Of a DNA stretch of 64,000 nucleotides, positions 34,402-44,380 are shown one piece after another (position 1 is the first letter of the stretch; each line of letters begins with the position of its first letter). The notes under the pieces are model-generated. The model had not been told where the DNA came from and did no database searches. It was given only the letters and a program-made list of their open reading frames with translations. The position numbers and the translations under genes are program-made. Origin of the DNA: a virus; the IMG/VR virus record IMGVR_UViG_3300045988_171958, positions 1 to 64,000 of that record. The stretch is one strand, 5' to 3'.

Positions 34402-35727
34402 ATGAAAATGAAAAAGAATTGTTTATTTGTTGTTCAGTCACATTATCCAGAAAGCCATTATATGGAGCTTAACTTAGAGTTAGTTTTTCCATTCTATTTG
34501 GTTACAGATGGAGAAAAAACTATAATTGAGAGAAAGATTGATGAGTTGCTTAATAAATATGATGGGGATATTTATGTTTATGAGGCATTTCATGAATATG
34601 CCGAGTTGCTAAATTCATTTCTTTGCCACAATAGAGAATCTTATGATAGAGTGCATGTAATTTCCGAAATTGATCGAATGGGTGATTTGACAAAAACTTT
34701 TTCTATTGAATGTTGGGATAAAGGTATCAGAGAAGAATTTGACCAAAAGAAATATCTTAGGGATTTGTCAACTAAAAATACATGCAGATATTTCAATCAG
34801 ATTAAAATTGAAGATGATAAAGTAATTAAGATTGCAAAGACAGAAGATGCTATCAAATTACAAAAAATTGAAAATGATTTCTACGACAAATATAGCAATA
34901 TACCATGTTTGTGCGGAAAACAAGGATATGATGAAAATAAACATGAATTGATTTTGAATAAAATCGACGGAGTAACAGCTCAAGAATGGTATTATAAAAA
35001 TGGTGATTTTAAGAAATTGATTTCTAATGTAATCAAAGCTTTACATACCATTAATGATGTTGATATAGATGTAGATGATGAAGATGAAGATATCAGAAGA
35101 GCATTCTACAATGAATTGATTGGAAAGGTATATACTAGGGTAAATCCATGTAAGAAATTGATTGATTATTTCATTGAAGAAACAGAAGTAAGGTGTATTG
35201 ATTACATGCCAATTACAACACATTTTAATGTATTGATGGATGCATTAAAGAAATGGTATGAAAATAATGAAATCAATTTCAATGCATGTCTTTGTCATGG
35301 TGACCCAAATACAGATAATACAATGATTGATAAAGATGGTAATGTAATCTTTATTGATCCTCGTGGATATTTTGGGAATCTTAAGACAATTGGATTAGGA
35401 ATGGCAGAATATGATATTGCAAAATTCTGCTATGGACTTAATGGATATTCAAGATTCAACAGTGCTCCTTATGTCACAATTGAAGAAATTGATTATTCTG
35501 ATGGTATGAATCTTAAATTAGAATATCCATCTGGTGATTTTTCTTCAATTACACAAATTGATTTGGATGATATGCCAATTGATACAAATATAAAGATTAT
35601 CGTTGGTATTATTTGGATGAAATTGACTTCATATATTATAAATGATCCAATGAAGAGTGTAATTGCTTATCTTTATGGAAATGCAATTTGTACAAAATAT
35701 TTAAAGGAATTAAAATATCTAAAGTAA
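34402..35727 (+). CDS. APH/choline-kinase-fold kinase (putative sugar kinase)
   Basis: CLCHGDPNTDNTMIDKDGNVIFIDPRG gives the HGD..N catalytic loop and the D of DxG. The track start at 34399 is TTG, so ATG 34402 is used. Confidence 0.6.
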   Translation: MKMKKNCLFVVQSHYPESHYMELNLELVFPFYLVTDGEKTIIERKIDELLNKYDGDIYVYEAFHEYAELLNSFLCHNRESYDRVHVISEIDRMGDLTKTFSIECWDKGIREEFDQKKYLRDLSTKNTCRYFNQIKIEDDKVIKIAKTEDAIKLQKIENDFYDKYSNIPCLCGKQGYDENKHELILNKIDGVTAQEWYYKNGDFKKLISNVIKALHTINDVDIDVDDEDEDIRRAFYNELIGKVYTRVNPCKKLIDYFIEETEVRCIDYMPITTHFNVLMDALKKWYENNEINFNACLCHGDPNTDNTMIDKDGNVIFIDPRGYFGNLKTIGLGMAEYDIAKFCYGLNGYSRFNSAPYVTIEEIDYSDGMNLKLEYPSGDFSSITQIDLDDMPIDTNIKIIVGIIWMKLTSYIINDPMKSVIAYLYGNAICTKYLKELKYLK

Positions 35728-35763
35728 TGAACATCACTTGGTTCTGTTCAAGAAATAAAGTTA
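35727..35763 (+). repeat. Solitary copy of the 39-bp unit (2-nt shorter)
   Basis: ATGAACATCACTTGGTTCTGTTCAAGAAATAAAGTTA. Its first A is shared with stop codon 35725-35727. Confidence 0.75.
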
Positions 35764-35767
35764 AAAT

Positions 35768-35803
35768 AAAAATTGGGATATCAAATACTGTATCCCAATT
35801 TTG
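35768..35803. terminator. Bidirectional intrinsic terminator between convergent genes
   Basis: AATTGGGATA (35771-35780) pairs with TATCCCAATT (35791-35800), flanked by A-runs and T-runs. The 3' arm overlaps the last codons of the - strand 93-aa ORF. Confidence 0.65.
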
Positions 35804-36062
35804 CTCCAACTGCTGTTAAAATTAATCGACTTGTCATTAAACTACCTAATGGACCCTTCAAATCAATTCCAAGAACATTAGCAACAGCTTTCATTATTGT
35901 AGGGCCAACAGTAAAAGCTGCAGCACCAGCAAATAAACCAGTAAAAAGTCCTTCTTCTATTGGTTTACCTTGTTCTTTAGATTCTTGAAGTGACTTAATG
36001 ATGTCATCATAAACTTGAGATTCATTTATAGGTTTCTCAAGATACTCATTTATTTGTTTCAT
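35781..36062 (-). CDS. Small membrane protein
   Basis: 93 aa with the hydrophobic segment GLFTGLFAGAAAFTVGPTIM. Confidence 0.6.
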   Translation of the reverse strand: MKQINEYLEKPINESQVYDDIIKSLQESKEQGKPIEEGLFTGLFAGAAAFTVGPTIMKAVANVLGIDLKGPLGSLMTSRLILTAVGAKLGYSI

Positions 36063-36166
36063 TGGATCACCTTAATTAATCTGAAATTATATCATTTGTT
36101 GTTTTCTTTTTCTTAGAATCTTCTGTTACCATTCCTTCACAATAAGTATGAATATGGTTAGTTTGA

Positions 36167-36709
36167 TTACATGGTACCTCCGTTATTACTGTTTCCATTG
36201 TCTTTATTGTCATTATTTTTGTTTTCTTCAGAATTACCTGATTTAGCTTCAGCCTTCATAGATTTGATAATATCCGCAATTTTTGGACCTTTTGTCTTGG
36301 ACCAACCAGATGATTGATATCCATAAGGTTTCAAATTATCTAACAAGAAACTGAAATCAGATGAAAATTCTGTTATCAAAACTTTACAAGTTGAATCAAG
36401 TTGCTTAGTTAATGTGGCAACCTTTGCTTGTGTATTAGCAAGACATCCAGCCACAGTAGTTGGTATCAAGAAACCTCCATCAAAGAAACTGTCTTTTGCT
36501 TCTTCTTGACCAGACATTACTTTAATCCATCCTTTAACTGTTGTTTCAAAAGCTGGCCATTGCTTGAATGTACCGGCATCACCCTTTACTGATTTATCTT
36601 TATTATCTTGCTGATCTTGGTCGTTATTCTGATCATTATTCTGACCATTATTTTGATTGTTATTTTGCTGATCTTCTGCTTCCAAAATCAAATCACTTAA
36701 GCTTTTCAT
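36167..36709 (-). CDS. Hypothetical protein with N/Q/D-rich low-complexity termini
   Basis: 180 aa, with QNNNQNNGQNNDQNNDQDQQDN at the N-terminus and NKNNDNKDNGNSNNGG at the C-terminus. Confidence 0.7.
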   Translation of the reverse strand: MKSLSDLILEAEDQQNNNQNNGQNNDQNNDQDQQDNKDKSVKGDAGTFKQWPAFETTVKGWIKVMSGQEEAKDSFFDGGFLIPTTVAGCLANTQAKVATLTKQLDSTCKVLITEFSSDFSFLLDNLKPYGYQSSGWSKTKGPKIADIIKSMKAEAKSGNSEENKNNDNKDNGNSNNGGTM

Positions 36710-36734
36710 CTTTTAATTTTCTATAAGTTTGGAA

Positions 36735-36764
36735 AGTTGGCAATGTACCGGTACATTGCCAACT
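36735..36764 (-). other. Perfect 30-nt palindrome between two - strand genes
   Basis: AGTTGGCAATGTACCGGTACATTGCCAACT forms a 14-bp stem. It is unusually GC-rich for this genome and has no strong T-run. Confidence 0.8.
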
Positions 36765-36772
36765 CTATAGAT

Positions 36773-38416
36773 TTAGAATTTCTTACCTCCTCGTATTGCT
36801 GAATTCCTCATCTGCTCTGCAATCATCTTTTCAGCAAGTTGTAATGCTTCATCATCTTCGGCATTCTCATAAATTCTTGCGCAAGTAATAAATGATCTAC
36901 AACTAACTTCAATAGGTTTTCCTTCTTCAACTAATTTTTCAAGATAATTCATAGCTTTAGCTTTTGATGACATTGAAAGATGATTAGATTCAATATTTGG
37001 CATAATACCACGAATTATTTCAAGCAAATCCTTAGTAGAGAAATCAAGTGATTGTGTAAATGCTCTATTTCGTAATGCTGTATCAATTTGTCCAACACTA
37101 TAGTTTGTAATGACAATCATACCGCATTTATTGTAATGTGATTTAGGGACTGGAACACCTTCATCATCTTTAAGTTCACCGGAAACTTTATATGATACAA
37201 GACGACCTTCATCATCTGCTGTTGAATCAAGGGCCGCCTTAAGAATATTGATACAATCTTCTGGTGCTTTTGGACCTACCAATGAATCAGCATCATCAAC
37301 TAAAACAATATCACCCTTACCTTTATTGTTATAAAGTGTTAAATAAAGCTGTCTAGGTGTACATTTACCTTTTACAGTATTATCGGCAGTCATAGTATAT
37401 CCTGCTGCCTTCAATTGTTGCTTTACACGGAAAGTCTTACCGATACCAGGAGCACCACAAAGAATTACAGCAGGTTGAATTCCTTTAATAACCATCTTTA
37501 TATATAACTGCATTTCCTTAAATGCTGTCTTAGGATCTGACTTAGCAGTTTCAATCTTCTTTTCTGCTTCTGCAGCACCGGCAATAGTAGATGATACTGA
37601 AACATTTTTCTTTACAGAGCATTCAAGATCATCTAAAGATGTTGCACCACCTTTAATAGCATTCAATATCTGACGATATTCTTTATAAAGAGCTTTACCA
37701 AGATCTGGGTCAGTATTTGTTTTCATTTGGGCATATACTTCTTTCTTACGATCTTCAAGTTCTGTTTCATTGATCCACTGATAAGATTCTCCAATCTTCT
37801 TATATTTATGACCAAGATTTAAATGGTACTTTTCAATAACCTTATCTTCAGAAATTCCTTCATAAATATGATATTTCTGGGCACCAAAATACATGTCACA
37901 AGAAATACATTCATTCTTGGTATCATATACTTTACGTCCAAGCTTTACTGCTTCTTCTGATGAAATATCAAACTTACCACTATTTATTACATTTGCAATT
38001 ACTGGAATATAATAAACAATACTAGCACCCATCATTTTGATTTCCAGTTGTGCTTTAATTGGTTTATTGTCATCACCACCAAAAAATAATGAAGCAGTAT
38101 TTGTTTGATTGAAGAAAGCAACTGAATAAGGTACCATAGATTGGCCGCTCTTCAAGAAGTTGATACTGAATGATGATTTTGGAATGCTTCCACCCTTATC
38201 TGATACAATATACATTACAGAGCTGCAATCATTACCATCTACTTTCAAATCAGATACACCTAAAGACCATACATGTCCTATGGTAATTTCTTTCTTCAAT
38301 ATGTTGAGAATTGTCTTCTTTGCTTTATTATAATCTTTCTCTTTAAATGCCTCATTCATCCATTGAGAAGATTCTTCTAATAATGTTTTCTTATTTACAA
38401 AATCTAAAAATGACAT
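36773..38416 (-). CDS. AAA+ ATPase with a large unknown N-terminal domain
   Basis: Walker A ILCGAPGIGKTF, Walker B IVLVDDAD, and sensor-like TALRNRAF. Confidence 0.7.
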   Translation of the reverse strand: MSFLDFVNKKTLLEESSQWMNEAFKEKDYNKAKKTILNILKKEITIGHVWSLGVSDLKVDGNDCSSVMYIVSDKGGSIPKSSFSINFLKSGQSMVPYSVAFFNQTNTASLFFGGDDNKPIKAQLEIKMMGASIVYYIPVIANVINSGKFDISSEEAVKLGRKVYDTKNECISCDMYFGAQKYHIYEGISEDKVIEKYHLNLGHKYKKIGESYQWINETELEDRKKEVYAQMKTNTDPDLGKALYKEYRQILNAIKGGATSLDDLECSVKKNVSVSSTIAGAAEAEKKIETAKSDPKTAFKEMQLYIKMVIKGIQPAVILCGAPGIGKTFRVKQQLKAAGYTMTADNTVKGKCTPRQLYLTLYNNKGKGDIVLVDDADSLVGPKAPEDCINILKAALDSTADDEGRLVSYKVSGELKDDEGVPVPKSHYNKCGMIVITNYSVGQIDTALRNRAFTQSLDFSTKDLLEIIRGIMPNIESNHLSMSSKAKAMNYLEKLVEEGKPIEVSCRSFITCARIYENAEDDEALQLAEKMIAEQMRNSAIRGGKKF

Positions 38417-38419
38417 ATC

Positions 38420-38620
38420 TTATTTTACGTAATTTGATTTTTTATCTTTAACAATTTCATAATTGTTTCCTTTTTCTGCATCTGACACAGCCTTTTTAGC
38501 TTGACCTTCAGTGTCACAAACCGTGATGATGGTACCATCATCTTTGTCTTTTACAACGAATACTTCAGCTTCTTCTTCAAAAACTAAAGCATCATTTAAT
38601 GACTCTAATAAACTTTTCAT
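38420..38620 (-). CDS. Hypothetical small protein
   Basis: 66-aa ORF packed tightly within the operon. Confidence 0.6.
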   Translation of the reverse strand: MKSLLESLNDALVFEEEAEVFVVKDKDDGTIITVCDTEGQAKKAVSDAEKGNNYEIVKDKKSNYVK

Positions 38621-38662
38621 TTTATTTATTCTAAAGATATCTTTATAGATAAAAATATTGAT

Positions 38663-39562
38663 TTATTTAATAGCACCACTATCAAATTTTCCATTTTTCA
38701 TTCTATTTAAAGCAGAACCTTCTTTATCTGGATAACTGCTTGGTTTAGAACCCTTTTCTTGCCCAGCTTTATCAGTTTGTGGCATTTCACCTCTAGAAGG
38801 AGCATTATCTTCTGGGTAATTATTTATCTTTACATTCCAAATATTGTCACAAATAACTTGCAAAGCTTTCTTTCTTATATCTTCACCTTTATCTGTATCA
38901 ATATTCATTTTCTGTAAGAATATCTTAGCTGGTTCTTCTTGTAATTTATCATCCACATAATCATGAATCTTTTCTCTATCCCATTCTTTATCATATAAGT
39001 TAGGACCATTTGTCTTTCCTGATGGTATTTCAGGATCTTCATCTCTAGCTGCTATAGCTGCAGCAATATTACCTTGTACAGCTTTCAACATCTGGATAGG
39101 ACTTATATCGGCATCATAATCAAAGCATACCATTTCACCTTCTGGATTAATCATAGCACACTCTGACCAACGATGATGTCCATCTATTACATAATTACCT
39201 CTAAATGTTACTAATGGCATGCCAGCAGTAATGATTTCATCTTTAAACAAATCTTTCATGTTGTCAGGATTAGTAAGACTATGTTTTACAGATTTGTCAA
39301 CATCTATTTCATTTTGTGTTGGTCTCAATTTCAATGGTTTGATAAGCTTTACTTTAAATACAAACTTTGTATCTCCTAAATCTCCACCAAAACCATCCTC
39401 AAGCAAAGTCTTTGCTTTGGGGTCATCAAGCATTTTGTTAAGTATCTTTACATAATCAGGATATTTCTTTCCCTTAAGCCACTTTTCTAATTCTTCTTTA
39501 CGTTCTTTATTAGAATGTGTTGTTCTTGCATTTTCAAATATGTAATCTTCTAATCCTACCAT
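38663..39562 (-). CDS. ParB-like nuclease domain protein
   Basis: LRPTQNEIDVDK and VIDGHHRW motifs (ParB/sulfiredoxin fold). Confidence 0.6.
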   Translation of the reverse strand: MVGLEDYIFENARTTHSNKERKEELEKWLKGKKYPDYVKILNKMLDDPKAKTLLEDGFGGDLGDTKFVFKVKLIKPLKLRPTQNEIDVDKSVKHSLTNPDNMKDLFKDEIITAGMPLVTFRGNYVIDGHHRWSECAMINPEGEMVCFDYDADISPIQMLKAVQGNIAAAIAARDEDPEIPSGKTNGPNLYDKEWDREKIHDYVDDKLQEEPAKIFLQKMNIDTDKGEDIRKKALQVICDNIWNVKINNYPEDNAPSRGEMPQTDKAGQEKGSKPSSYPDKEGSALNRMKNGKFDSGAIK

Positions 39563-39563
39563 T

Positions 39564-40481
39564 TTATTTACCTATCAAATCTGATTTTGTCTTTTCTGCC
39601 CAATATTCAGAATTGTCATATATTTTCTTTATGAATTTTTTATTTCCTAAATATTCAAACAGTTCATAATTAAAATATAGATAATGATCTTTATCATTTA
39701 ATTTTTCTGATTGGAATCTTATGGCACATATATTTTCACTAAGCTTATCTACTGTTGCAAGTATGTATATCTTTTCTGTATTTCCATCTTCATAAGAATA
39801 CCTATATGAATAATGTCCCAATTTATTCATATCATGTTTCTTACATCCATAAAATATGATATCAAGCAGATTAGAAGGTACTTTCTTATTGATTAATGGG
39901 AAACTTACTTTATATATCAATGGATCTAGATAAATAGACTTCAATTCTTCCACTTTAGAATTTACTATTGTCTTATCTTCTGATCCTAAAATATCTTCAG
40001 ATAACCCTTTTAAAGTATCTATTACTGGTATACCTAATGGCTTATAAAATTCAATCAGATTTTTCCAATTTACAACATAAGTAATATCTAATCTTTTTAT
40101 TTGCTTAGTATATCTTTCAAAATAATCATTTTCAAATATCTTTTCAGAAACTTCTAATTCTATCAAAAGATCATTATTCTTAAGATATTCTATCTGTTCT
40201 TTCCAGTAATTATCTATATTATCTAAATCTCCTACAAACAACAGATATCCATCAAGTTCTCTAAGTTCATCAGTTAACCAATAACAGCAATCTTTAGCTG
40301 CTCTACTCAATAATGAATATTCTACTTCATTTATTGATTTATAACATAAATGTATAGCTGTAATGTCTATATTGGAAGTATTTTGATCTGAAGAAATATT
40401 GTTATTTTCATCATTTATTCTTTTCCATACATCCCTATTTACTAAAACTGGGGATGATTTTTTCAGTTCTTCTACTGTCAT
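39564..40481 (-). CDS. Hypothetical protein
   Basis: 305-aa ORF. Confidence 0.75.
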   Translation of the reverse strand: MTVEELKKSSPVLVNRDVWKRINDENNNISSDQNTSNIDITAIHLCYKSINEVEYSLLSRAAKDCCYWLTDELRELDGYLLFVGDLDNIDNYWKEQIEYLKNNDLLIELEVSEKIFENDYFERYTKQIKRLDITYVVNWKNLIEFYKPLGIPVIDTLKGLSEDILGSEDKTIVNSKVEELKSIYLDPLIYKVSFPLINKKVPSNLLDIIFYGCKKHDMNKLGHYSYRYSYEDGNTEKIYILATVDKLSENICAIRFQSEKLNDKDHYLYFNYELFEYLGNKKFIKKIYDNSEYWAEKTKSDLIGK

Positions 40482-40502
40482 AGCATTTCATATTCATATA
40501 TT

Positions 40503-42155
40503 TTATAAGAAGAAGAACTGTATTGGTTCTACTTGCTGTTGAGTCATATCATCATAAGTCATAGTACATTTATGGATGATTGGCATTTCTAAATTTGTTT
40601 TAAGTCTTATATTTCCAACTTCATCTAATCCAATCATATCTGACTTATCATATATTGTTCTTATATCAACATAACTTAAATCTTTAGATGATGTAAAATG
40701 AAGTTCCTTCTTATTCCAATAACCCTTGTATCTAGCTATCTCATCTGCTTCTGATATGAAATCTAAATCAAAACTAAGTAATCCTGTGGTATTTTCTATA
40801 ACATACGATATCAATTCAGATTTACTTATAAATAATGTATCAGTAGGTAATGACATGAAGTAATTAGATATTACATTAGTTATGCTATTTTTTATAGAAT
40901 CTTTTATTGTAGATGTCGATAGCTTTATATAACACATGATAGAATATCTTCTTATTATTGGATCTACAAAAGTAAGGGAAGTACCAACAAAAGCCTTATT
41001 TGATTGTTCTAAAGCCTGAATAATCATAGATTTTTGATTATCAGTCAATAACATAGATTCTTTACTTAATTTCAAATAATCACTTGGGGTGGATAAATGA
41101 TCTTTAAATTTAGAAAATGCAATACAAGTTATCTTTGTAGAATTTCTAGATGACATCAAATTGAATTGTCCAACAAATGAAAATCTCTTTAAGAACATTT
41201 TGAAATTGTCTTCACTTGCTAATACTAAAGATCGAGAATTCATACCAACTAATTCTTTTACATTTGCGATAGTATCGGCATCTGTACCTCCACATATATA
41301 GCTTGTTATTGTGATATTTAGCAAATCATTAGCTTCTACTAAATCTCCAATAGAATTTCTTATGGAAGATTTGAATTTTAAAGTAACATCATCTGATGGT
41401 GAAATATTTCCAAGACTTCCATCATGTGATATGTATTTTACAGTTATTTGGTCTCCTTCATTCAAATTGTGACCATGATATCCATTACCAAACATAACAG
41501 AGAAACCTCCATCATATCCATTCTTTACTACACAGCTATGTTCATCTTCTATCATATCATACAAACAACTTGATATTGACCATCTTTCTCCATTCACATA
41601 TACTTTCATGTGATTGATATCATACAAGCTATTTACTTCTGCCTCTATTGTTTCCAATGGTTCTCCTTTAGCTGTAGCTGTTGCTCTTTTCCAAGTACCT
41701 TGTAAAATAGATATGGAATGTGTTACTAATGGCTTGCTCATATCTATTACTATAGAATCAACTGGTAAATCAACTGAATATGTTACACCGGTTGACTCAT
41801 TCATCAACTGACATTCATCTTCTATAACTATCTTATCTGTTGAATTAGATATCTTATTAGAAATAAGCACAGTACCTGAAGCTGAAGCGCCATAATATGC
41901 ATCATATCCGCTTATCTTTGCTAAACTATATATTGATTTCTTTCTAGTAGCAGTAAATATATTCTGTTCTGTCATAGCATCTTCTATGTAGAACATCATA
42001 TTTTGCATGACACCCTTTATTCCTTCTAATACGGATCCAAATATTGATGATTGAGAATATGCTTGTCCTAAACCACCAAATGATTTGTTGAGAAAATCCT
42101 GCATGGTTTCAGAAAAATTCTCATAAGATGTCTTTAATATTTCAAATAGTCTCAT
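40503..42155 (-). CDS. Baseplate_J-like (T4 gp6 / P2 gpJ family) baseplate wedge protein
   Basis: 550 aa immediately downstream of the gp25-like gene. The N-terminal region ATRKKSIYSLAKISGYDAYYGASASGTVLI resembles the Baseplate_J signature. Confidence 0.5.
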   Translation of the reverse strand: MRLFEILKTSYENFSETMQDFLNKSFGGLGQAYSQSSIFGSVLEGIKGVMQNMMFYIEDAMTEQNIFTATRKKSIYSLAKISGYDAYYGASASGTVLISNKISNSTDKIVIEDECQLMNESTGVTYSVDLPVDSIVIDMSKPLVTHSISILQGTWKRATATAKGEPLETIEAEVNSLYDINHMKVYVNGERWSISSCLYDMIEDEHSCVVKNGYDGGFSVMFGNGYHGHNLNEGDQITVKYISHDGSLGNISPSDDVTLKFKSSIRNSIGDLVEANDLLNITITSYICGGTDADTIANVKELVGMNSRSLVLASEDNFKMFLKRFSFVGQFNLMSSRNSTKITCIAFSKFKDHLSTPSDYLKLSKESMLLTDNQKSMIIQALEQSNKAFVGTSLTFVDPIIRRYSIMCYIKLSTSTIKDSIKNSITNVISNYFMSLPTDTLFISKSELISYVIENTTGLLSFDLDFISEADEIARYKGYWNKKELHFTSSKDLSYVDIRTIYDKSDMIGLDEVGNIRLKTNLEMPIIHKCTMTYDDMTQQQVEPIQFFFL

Positions 42156-42509
42156 TTATCTGTATTGATATTTCTTTTCTTTAACTAGATTACCAGTATT
42201 TGGTGCTTTTAAACCTATCTTAACCTCATATATGTCTCGCAAAGATCCTTTTATGACGTTTACTTCTATGCTTACATTCAACTTATTGCACCAATAGGTA
42301 TTTTCTATTATCTTTCGTTGTATGTATGATTGTACTTCCATAGGAGATGGAGTCATTTGCCATAAGAACTGTTCCATGTTTACCCCGAATCCTGGGTTTC
42401 CTAAAACTTGAGTACAATTAGTTCCAAGCAACAAATCTAATTCTTGTATGGCAGCATCATAAGGGGATTCTATTACTTTGCTATTATCTAATGCAAGATC
42501 TATTTCCAT
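42156..42509 (-). CDS. GPW/gp25-like baseplate wedge protein
   Basis: 117 aa. IQELDLLLGTNCTQVLGNPGFGVNMEQFLWQ matches the i..i..lL.T..Ge....p.fG..l..l.f pattern. Confidence 0.65.
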   Translation of the reverse strand: MEIDLALDNSKVIESPYDAAIQELDLLLGTNCTQVLGNPGFGVNMEQFLWQMTPSPMEVQSYIQRKIIENTYWCNKLNVSIEVNVIKGSLRDIYEVKIGLKAPNTGNLVKEKKYQYR

Positions 42510-42511
42510 TC

Positions 42512-44323
42512 TTATTCTATAGTATAATTTCCAGTAGATATGTATTCATTTTCAGAAGTCAGAATATCATATTTTCCAGTTGCTTCATTTATAAGCTTAG
42601 AATTTATATTGAATATTACAAATGAAGATGTTCTTGAACTTTCATGCCACTTGTTTTCTCCTATTGACAATATGAATTCATCTACTTTGTTTACATAAGA
42701 AGATAATGATATTCCAATGTTTTGTGCCATGTTTGAACGCAATACTATATTCTGCAACTCTTGAACTTTAAAGAATATTGGTTTGTAAATTATTCTTGGT
42801 TGAACAGAATTCTTTTGTATTTGCTGTTTGTCATCATTACTCTTTACTATACGGCAATTCATATTGCTTATGAAGTTGAAATTCTCTTTATTCATATCAT
42901 CAATATCTGTTTCTTTTTTCTTTATAGACAATCTAGTATACTGTTGTTCATTTATTGTATATTTCAATTTGTCTTTGGTAAATAATACAGTAGGAGAAGA
43001 ACAGTTCTTACCAATAGCTCTGTCTTCCATTATGAGTCTTACATAAACATTATCTGGTACTTGTGACCATTTAGAAAATAGGTCTTTCATAGGAAACAAA
43101 AAGTCATCAACCCTATCAGAATATGATATTTCTTCATGTATTATGTTTTTTGACAGATAGTCAGAAGAAACAATACATGTATATTTTACCATTTCTAAGC
43201 TATCACCTAAAATTTCTTTCAAATCTTCATAATCTTTAGCCTTTTCTGATAATAGCTTATATTTAGAAAAATCAGTACTATATATTCTTTGCCAAGCAGA
43301 TTCTATAGAAGAAAATGATTCTGGATAGCAAAATCTACCAACTACTGATATTGTACCATCTATAAATTCAAATGATGCTTTTATTGACATTTTAAAGTCG
43401 TCGACAAAATAACAAGAAGCCGGTTTAGCATATTTGTTTATAGTGAATATTCCATTATCTGATATTGATTTCCATGGATATAAAGTCATGTTTAATGAAA
43501 TCATTTCAGGAATAGAATATGGATTTTCAACGTATTCTTTCATTTCTGTTCCATCATCTTCCTTATGATATTTCCAATAATGCAACAGTAAGTTCATATC
43601 TGCTAATTGTATGCATCCATTTTTTGGATTTTCTAATTCCCTATATACCTGGTAATCCGTATCTTTATGAATGGTTCTATTTAAAGCATTAGTTTCTTCA
43701 GCATATTTTATCTTATCTTGTGAATATTCATTTCTGAATATCAATGATGGTTCTTCTATATATGTAGAACCATATAAAACATCTCTAAAGTCAGGAATTT
43801 CTATTTCAAAATACTCATTGTATATATCCTGATTTAATCGTCTTTCTTTACCAGTATGTTTATCCTCACATTTTATCATATCACAGTACCAATGGATATG
43901 TAAAGAGTTTACCCAGCTATCAACATACAATATCATGTTACGATTCAAATCAGTTGTTGGATGCCATATTCTAAGCTTTATTGTTTTAACATTCTTTATA
44001 TATAGATCTTCATCAAGCAATCTGTTGTATGAATATCCACCCAATGTAGAATCATGTTCTGGAATTGAGTATTCATGTTTAATAGATTCAGAAAATGCAT
44101 CTGAATTTGTTGACATCAACGGAATTCCTGTTGTATTAGTAGATGGCCATATTTTAGGGGTACCCCTATCTATTGGAGCTAAGTATATATCTGTATCTAT
44201 GGTCATATCATTTATGACATCAGTATTTCTGAATGCAACATATTGTTTAGTAGAAATTATATCAGAATCAATCATTTCTACTAAATATTTATCTCCATTT
44301 ATTATGATTGTGTTGCTTTTCAT
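42512..44323 (-). CDS. Hypothetical baseplate-module protein
   Basis: 603-aa ORF, the first gene of the - strand baseplate operon. Confidence 0.75.
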   Translation of the reverse strand: MKSNTIIINGDKYLVEMIDSDIISTKQYVAFRNTDVINDMTIDTDIYLAPIDRGTPKIWPSTNTTGIPLMSTNSDAFSESIKHEYSIPEHDSTLGGYSYNRLLDEDLYIKNVKTIKLRIWHPTTDLNRNMILYVDSWVNSLHIHWYCDMIKCEDKHTGKERRLNQDIYNEYFEIEIPDFRDVLYGSTYIEEPSLIFRNEYSQDKIKYAEETNALNRTIHKDTDYQVYRELENPKNGCIQLADMNLLLHYWKYHKEDDGTEMKEYVENPYSIPEMISLNMTLYPWKSISDNGIFTINKYAKPASCYFVDDFKMSIKASFEFIDGTISVVGRFCYPESFSSIESAWQRIYSTDFSKYKLLSEKAKDYEDLKEILGDSLEMVKYTCIVSSDYLSKNIIHEEISYSDRVDDFLFPMKDLFSKWSQVPDNVYVRLIMEDRAIGKNCSSPTVLFTKDKLKYTINEQQYTRLSIKKKETDIDDMNKENFNFISNMNCRIVKSNDDKQQIQKNSVQPRIIYKPIFFKVQELQNIVLRSNMAQNIGISLSSYVNKVDEFILSIGENKWHESSRTSSFVIFNINSKLINEATGKYDILTSENEYISTGNYTIE

Positions 44324-44380
44324 GTAAGTTAGATATATGCTTAAGTAAAAATATCATCAATTGAATATCTTTTAAGAGTT

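Noticed and set aside
35773-35988. The + strand 71-aa ORF antisense to the 93-aa - strand gene.
   Set aside because: It starts inside the bidirectional terminator. The - strand ORF fits the operon context and has a plausible TM segment.
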